Positions 56,701-64,000 of a DNA stretch of 64,000 bases are shown one piece after another (positions within the stretch are counted from its first letter, which is position 1; each line of letters starts with the position of its first letter). The DNA is from Eledone cirrhosa. Lineage: Eukaryota. The stretch is from contig CAXHJY010000491.1 of NCBI GenBank assembly GCA_964016885.1, positions 62,001-126,000 of the forward strand, in the 5' to 3' direction. Under the pieces are notes generated by a model, which worked only from the letters and a program-made list of their open reading frames with translations, was not told where the DNA came from and searched no databases. The translations under genes and the position numbers were made by a program.

Positions 56701-59700
56701 TTTCCCACATGTAGACAGTAGAGTTAGTACAATTGGCCAGTGAAGTACAGTATGTTAGGCCATGTTTCCCACATGTAGACATTAGAGTTAGTACTGTTGG
56801 TCAGTGAAGTACAGTATGTTAGGCCATGTTTCACACATCTAGATAGTAGAGTTAGTACAATTGACCAGTGAAGTACAGCATATTAGGACAGATTTCCCAC
56901 ATGTAGACAGTATAGTTAGTACAATTGACCAGTGAAGTACAGTATATTAGACCATGTTTCCCACATGTAGACAGTAGAGATAGTACAATTGGCCAGTGAC
57001 GTACAGTATGTTAGGCCATGTTTCCCACATGTAGACAGTAGACTTAGTGCAAATGGCCAATGAAGTACAGTATATTAGGCCAGGTTTCCCGCATGTAGAC
57101 AGTATAATTAGTACGATTGACCAGTGAAGTACAGTTTATTAGGCCATGTTTCCCACATGTAGACAGTAGAGTTAGTACAATTGGCCAGTGACGTACAGTA
57201 TGTTAGGCCATGTTTCCCATATGTAAACAGAAGAGTTAGTACAATTGGCCAGTGAAGTACAGCATATTAGGCCATGTTTCCCACATCTAGAAAGTAGAGT
57301 TAGTACAATTGGCCAGTGAAGTACAGTATGTTAGGCCATGTTTCCCACATGTAGACAGTAGAGTTAGTACAGCTGGTCAGTGAAGTACAGTATGTTGGGC
57401 CATGTTTCCAACATGTAGACAGTAAAGTTAGTACAATTGGTCAGTGAAGTACAGTATGTTAGGCCATGTTTCCCACATGTAGACAGTAGAGTTAGTACAG
57501 CTGGTCAGTGAAGTACAGTATGTTGGGCCATATTTACCACATGTAGACAGTAGAGTTAGTACAATTGGCCAGTGAAGTACAGTATGTTAGGCCATGTTTC
57601 CCACATGTAGACAGTAGAGTTAGTACAGTTGGTCAGTGAAGTACAGCATATTAGGCCATGTTTCCCACATCTAGAAAGTAGAGTTAGTACAATTGGCCAG
57701 TGAAGTACAGTATGTTAGGCCATGTTTCCCACATGTAGACATTAGAGTTAGTACTGTTGGTCAGTGAAGTACAGTATGTTAGGCCATGTTTCACACATCT
57801 AGATAGTAGAGTTAGTACAATTGACCAGTGAAGTACAGCATATTAGGACAGATTTCCCACATGTAGACAGTATAGTTAGTACAATTGACCAGTGAAGTAC
57901 AGTATATTAGACCATGTTTCCCACATGTAGACAGTAGAGATAGTACAATTGGCCAGTGACGTACAGTATGTTAGGCCATGTTTCCCACATGTAGACAGTA
58001 GACTTAGTGCAAATGGCCAATGAAGTACAGTATATTAGGCCAGGTTTCCCGCATGTAGACAGTATAATTAGTACGATTGAACAGTGAAGTACAGTATATT
58101 AGGCCATGTTTCCCACATGTAGACAGTAGAGTTAGTACAATTGGCCAGTGACGTACAGTATGTTAGGCCATGTTTCCCATATGTAAACAGAAGAGTTAGT
58201 ACAATTGGCCAGTGAAGTACAGCATATTAGGCCATGTTTCCCACATCTAGAAAGTAGAGTTAGTACAATTGGCCAGTGAAGTACAGTATGTTAGGCCATG
58301 TTTCCCACATGTAGACAGTAGAGTTAGTACAGCTGGTCAGTGAAGTACAGTATGTTGGGCCATGTTTCCAACATGTAGACAGTAAAGTTAGTACAATTGG
58401 TCAGTGAAGTACAGTATGTTAGGCCATGTTTCCCACATGTAGACAGTAGAGTTAGTACAGCTGGTCAGTGAAGTACAGTATGTTGGGCCATATTTACCAC
58501 ATGTAGACAGTAGAGTTAGTACAATTGGCCAGTGAAGTACAGTATGTTAGGCCATGTTTCCCACATGTAGACAGTAGAGTTAGTACAGTTGGTCAGTGAA
58601 GTACAGCATATTAGGCCATGTTTCCCACATCTAGAAAGTAGAGTTAGTACAATTGGCCAGTGAAGTACAGTATGTTAGGCCATGTTTCCCACATGTAGAC
58701 AGTAGAGTTAGTACAGCTGGTCAGTGAAGTACAGTATGTTGGGCCATATTTACCACATGTAGACAGTAAAGTTAGTACAATTGGTCAGTGAAGTACAGTA
58801 TGTTAGGCCATGTTTCCCACATGTAGACAGTAGAGTTAGTACAGCTGGTCAGTGAAGTACAGTATGTTGGGCCATATTTACCACATGTAGACAGTAGAGT
58901 TAGTACAATTGGCCAGTGAAGTACAGTATGTTAGGCCATGTTTCCCACATGTAGACAGTAGAGTTAGTACAGTTGGTCAGTGAAGTACAGTATGTTGGGC
59001 CATGTTTACCACATGTAGACAGTAGAGTTAGTACAATTGGCCAGTGAAGTACAGTATGTTAGGCAATGTTTCCCACATGTAGACAGTAGAGTTAGTACAA
59101 TTGGCCAGTGAAGTACAGTATGCTAGGGCATGTTTCCCACATGTAGACAGTAGAGTTAGTACAAATGACCAGTGAAGTACAGTATGTTAGGCCATGTTTC
59201 CCACATGTAGACAGTAGAGTTAGTACAATTGGCCAGTGAAGTACAGTATGTGAGGCCATGTTTCACACATGTTGACATCGGAGTTAGTACAATTGGCCAG
59301 TGAAGTACAGTATATTAGGCAATGTTTCCCACATGTAGTCAGTAGAGTTAGTACAATTGGCCAATGAAGTACAGTATGTTAGGCCATGTTTCCCTCATGT
59401 AGACAATAGAGTTAGTACAGTTGGTCAGTGAAGTACAGTATGTTGGGCCATGTTTACCACATGTAGACAGTAGAGTTAGTACAATTGGCCAGTGAAGTAC
59501 AGTATGCTAGGCCATGTTTCCACATGTAGTCAGTAGAGTTAGTACAATTGGCCAGTGAAGTAAAGTATGTTATGCCATGTTTCCCACATGGAGACAGTAG
59601 AGTTAGTACAATTGACCAGTGAAGTAGAGTATATTGGGACAGATTTCCCACATGTAGACAGTATAGTTAGTACAATTGACCAGTGAAGTACAGCATATTA

Positions 59701-62700
59701 GGCCATGTTTCCTACATGTAGACAGTAGAGTTAGTACAATTGGCCAGTGAAGTACAGTATGTTAGGCCATGTTTCCCACATGTAGACATAAGAGTTAGTA
59801 CAATTGACCAGTGAAGTACAGCATATTAGGCCATGTTTCTCACATGTAGACAGTAGAGTTAGTACAATTGGCCAATGAAGTACAGTATATTAGGCCAGTT
59901 TCCCCACATGTAGACAGTAGAGTTAGTACAAATGGCCAGTGAAGTACAGTATGTTAGGCCATGTTTCCCACATGTAGACAGTAGAGTTAGTACAGTTGGT
60001 CAGTGACGTATAGTATGTTAGGCCATGTTTTCCACATGTAGGCAGTAGATTTAGTACAATTGGCCAGTGAAGTACAGTATGTTAGGCCATGTTTCCCACA
60101 TGTAGACAGTAGAGTTAGTACAGTTGGTCAGTGAAGTATAGTATGTTAGGCCATGTTTTCCACATGTAGACAGTAGAGTTAGTACAACTGGCCAGTGAAG
60201 TACAGTATGTTAGGCCATGTTTCCCACATGTAGTCAGTAGAGTTAGTACAATTGACCAGTGAAGTACAGTATATTAGGACAGATTTCCCACATGTAGACA
60301 GTATAGTTAGTACAATTGACCAGTGAAGTACAGTATATTAGACCATGTTTCCCACATGTAGACAGTAGAGTTAGTACAATTGGCCAGTGACGTACAGTAT
60401 GTTAGGCCATGTTTCCCACATGTAGACAGAAGAGTTAGTACAATTGGCCAGTGAAGTACAGCATATTAGGCCATGTTTCCCACATGTAGACAGTAGAGTT
60501 AGTACAATTGGCCAATGAAGTACAGTATATTAGGCCAGTTTCCCCACATGTAGACAGTAGAGTTAGTACAATTGGCCAGTGAAGTACAGTATGATAGGCC
60601 ATGTTTCCACATGTAGACAGTAGAGTTAGTACTGTTGGTCAGTGAAGTACAGTATGTTGGGCCATGTTTCCCACATGTAGACAGTAAAGTTAGTACAATT
60701 GGTCAGTGAAGTACAGTATATTAGGCCATGTTTCCCACATGTAGACAGTAGAGTTAGTACAATTGGCCATTGAAGTACAGTATGTTAGGACATGTTTCCC
60801 ACATGTAGACAGTAGAGTTAGTACAATTGGCCAGTGACGTACAGTATGTTAGGCCATGTTTCCCACATGTATACAGAAGAGTTAGTACAATTTGCCAGTG
60901 AAGTACAGCATAGTAGTCCATGTTTCCCACATGTAGACAGTAGAGTTAGTACAATTGACCAGTGAAGTACAGTATGTTAGGCCATGTTTCCCACATGTAG
61001 ACAGAAGAGTTAGTACAATTGGCCAGTGAAGTACAGCATATTAGGCCATGTTTCCCACATGTAGACAGTAGAGTTAGTACAATTGGCCAATGAAGTACAG
61101 TATATTAGGCCAGTTTCCCCACATGTAGACAGTAGAGTTAGTACAATTGGCCAGTGAAGTACAGTATGCTAGGCCATGTTTCCACATGTAGACAGTAGAG
61201 TTAGTACAATTGGCCAGTGAAGTACAGTATATTAGGCAATGTTTCCCACATGTAGACAGTAGAGTTAGTACAATTGGCCAATGAAGTACAGTATGTTAGG
61301 CCATGTTTCCCTCATGTAGACAGTAGAGTTAGTACAGTTGGTCAGTGAAGTACAGTATGTTGGGCCATGTTTACCACATGTAGACAGTAGAGTTAGTACA
61401 ATTGGTTAGTGAAGTACAGTATGCTAGGCCATGTTTCCACATGTAGTCAGTAGAGTTAGTACAATTGGCCAGTGAAGTAAAGTATGTTAGGCCATGTTTC
61501 CCACATGTAGACAGTAGAGTTAGTACAATTGACCAGTGAAGTAGAGTATATTGGGACAGATTTCCCACATGTAGACAGTATAGTTAGTACAATTGACCAG
61601 TGAAGTAAAGCATAGTAGACCATGTTTCCCACATGTAGACAGTAGAGTTAGTACAATTGGCCAGTGAAGTACAGTATGTTAGGCCATGTTTCCCACATGT
61701 AGACAGAAGAGTTAGTACAATTGGCCAGTGAAGTACAGCATATTAGGCCAGGTTTCTCACATGTAGACACTAGAGTTAGTACAATTGGCCAATGAAGTAC
61801 AGTATATTAGGCCAGTTTCCCCACATGTAGACAATAGAGTTAGTACAAATGGCCAGTGAAGTACAGTATGTTAGGCCATGTTTCCCACATGTAGACAGTA
61901 GAGTTAGTACAATTGGCCAGTGAAGTACAGTATGTTAGGCCATGTTTCCCACATGTTGACATCAGAGTTAGTACAATTGGTCAGTGAAGTACAGTATATT
62001 AGGCAATGCTTCCCACATGTAAACAGTAGAGTTAGTACACAGGGTCAGTGAAGTACAGTATGTTAGGCCATGTTTCCCACATGTAGACAGTATAGAGTTA
62101 GTACAATTGGCCAGTGAAGTACAGTATGTTAGGCCATGTTTCCCACATGTAGACAGTAGAGTTAGTACAGTTGGTCAGTGAAGTATAGTATGTTAGGCCA
62201 TGTTTTCCACATGTAGGCAGTAGATTTAGTACAATTGGCCAGTGAAGTACAGTATGTTAGGCCATGTTTCCCACATGTAGACAGTAGAGTTAGTACAGTT
62301 GGTCAGTGAAGTATAGTATGTTAGGCCATGTTTTCCACATGTAGACAGTAGAGTTAGTACAATTGGCCAGTGAAGTACAGTATGTTAGGCCATGTTTCCC
62401 ACATGTAGTCAGTAGAGTTAGTACTATTGGCCAGTGAAGTAAAGTATGTTAGGCCATGTTTCCCACATGTAGACAGTAGAGTTAGTACAATTGACCAGTG
62501 AAGTACAGTATATTAGGACAGATTTCCCACATGTAGACAGTAGAGTTAGTACAATTGACCAGTGAAGTACAGTATATTAGACCATGTTTCCCACATGTAG
62601 ACAGTAGAGTTAGTACAATTGGTCAGTGATGTACAGTATGTTAGGCCATGTTTCCTACATGTAGACAGAAGACTTAGTACAATTGGCCAGTGAAGTACAG

Positions 62701-64000
62701 CATATTAGGCCATGTTTCCCACATGTAGACAGTAGAGTTAGTACAATTGGCCAGTGAAGTACAGTATGTTAGGCCATGTTTCCCACATGTAGACAGAAGA
62801 GTTAGTACAATTGGCCAGTGAAGTACAGCATATTAGGCCATGTTTCCCACATGTAGACAGTAGAGTTAGTACAATTGGCCAATGAAGTACAGTATGTTAG
62901 GCCATGTTTCCCTCATGTAGAGAGTAGAGTTAGTACAGTTGGTCAGTGAAGTACAGTATGTTGGGCCATGTTTCCCACATGTAGACAGTAGAGTTAGTAC
63001 AATTGGCCAGTGAAGTACAGTATGCTAGGCCATGTTTCCACATGTAGTCAGTAGAGTTAGTACAATTGGCCAGTGAAGTAAAGTATGTTAGGCCATGTTT
63101 CCCACATGTAGACAGTAGAGTTAGTACAATGGACCAGTGAAGTAGAGTATATTGGGACAGATTTCCCACATGTAGACAGTATAGTTAGTACAATTGACCA
63201 GTGAAGTACAGCATATTAGGCCATGTTTCCCACATGTAGACAGTAGAGTTAGTACAATTGGCCAGTGAAGTACAGTATGTTAGGCCATGTTTCCCACATG
63301 TAGACAGAAGAGTTAGTACAATTGGCCAGTGAAGTACAGCATATTAGGCCATGTTTCTCACATGTAGACAGTAGAGTTAGTACAATTGGCCAGTGAAGTA
63401 CAGTATGTTAGGCCATGTTCCCACATGTTGACATCAGAGTTAGTACAATTGGTCAGTGAAGTACAGTATAGTAGGCAATGTTTCCCACATGTAGACAGTA
63501 GAGTTAGTACACAGAGTCAGTGAAGTACATTATGTTAGGCCATGTTTCCCACATGTAGACAGTATAGAGTTAGTACAATTGGCCAGTGAAGTACAGTATG
63601 TTAGGCCATGTTTCCCACATGTAGACAGTAGAGTTAGTACAGTTGGTCAGTGAAGTATAGTATGTTAGGCCATGTTTTCCACATGTAGGCAGTAGATTTA
63701 GTACAATTGGCCAGTGAAGTACAGTATATTAGGACAGATTTCCCACATGTAGACAGTATAGTTAGTACAATTGACCAGTGAAGTACAGTATATTAGACCA
63801 TGTTTCCCACATGTAGACAGTAGAGTTAGTACAATTGGCCAGTGACGTACAGTATGTTAGGCCATGTTTCCCACATGTAGACAGAAGAGTTAGTACAATT
63901 GGCCAGTGAAGTACAGCATATTAGGCCATGTTTCCCACATGTAGACAGTAGAGTTAGTACAATTGGCCAGTGACGTACAGTATGTTAGGCCATGTTTCCC
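50766..64000. repeat. Satellite B: tandem array of 64-bp monomer GTGAAGTACAGTATGTTAGGCCATGTTTCCCACATGTAGACAGTAGAGTTAGTACAATTGGCCA; runs off the right edge
   Basis: 64-bp period visible (e.g. GTGAAG at 51365 and 51429); first monomer is degenerate. Confidence 0.99.

Noticed and set aside
59454-63169. Three similar ORFs MGNLSQYTLLHWSIV...
   Set aside because: Chance open frames in satellite B; their recurrence only reflects higher-order repeats

Overview
Eukaryotic, AT-rich, repeat-dominated window with no intact host gene. The SINE family and dense (TA)n/(CA)n microsatellites suggest a coleoid cephalopod (Octopus-like); this is inference, not a database result. There are three zones. (1) 1-~21.9 kb is a 29-bp satellite (AGCAAGTACTGAGACTGTTACAACACTAT, with 36-bp variants) showing a loose ~2-kb higher-order period. 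(2) ~50.77 kb to the end is a 64-bp satellite with 960-bp (15-mer) duplications. (3) Between them lies a ~29-kb island of decayed retroelements. The island holds three different Penelope-like element (PLE) coding remnants (one large RT+GIY-YIG head-to-head duplication and two GIY-YIG tails), R4/Dong-like LINE fragments, tRNA-derived SINEs, and about ten non-coding fold-back cassettes sitting in (TA)n tracts. Reading both strands, I find 11 type-I hammerhead ribozyme motifs with intact CUGANGA/GAAA/UH cores from about 7 sequence families, plus mutated and half copies. Nearly all have palindromic stem III loops. Most cassettes follow one rule: two 5'-truncated copies lie head-to-head with 3' ends pointing outward into (TA)n, often ending at an internal TA-rich microhomology. 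Five otherwise dissimilar families share a 3' tail motif (YACTC...GAGTRCT plus a hairpin). The unique backbone interrupted by these insertions may be a very decayed dsRNA-virus RdRp (low confidence). All coordinates were read by eye and may be off by a few bases.
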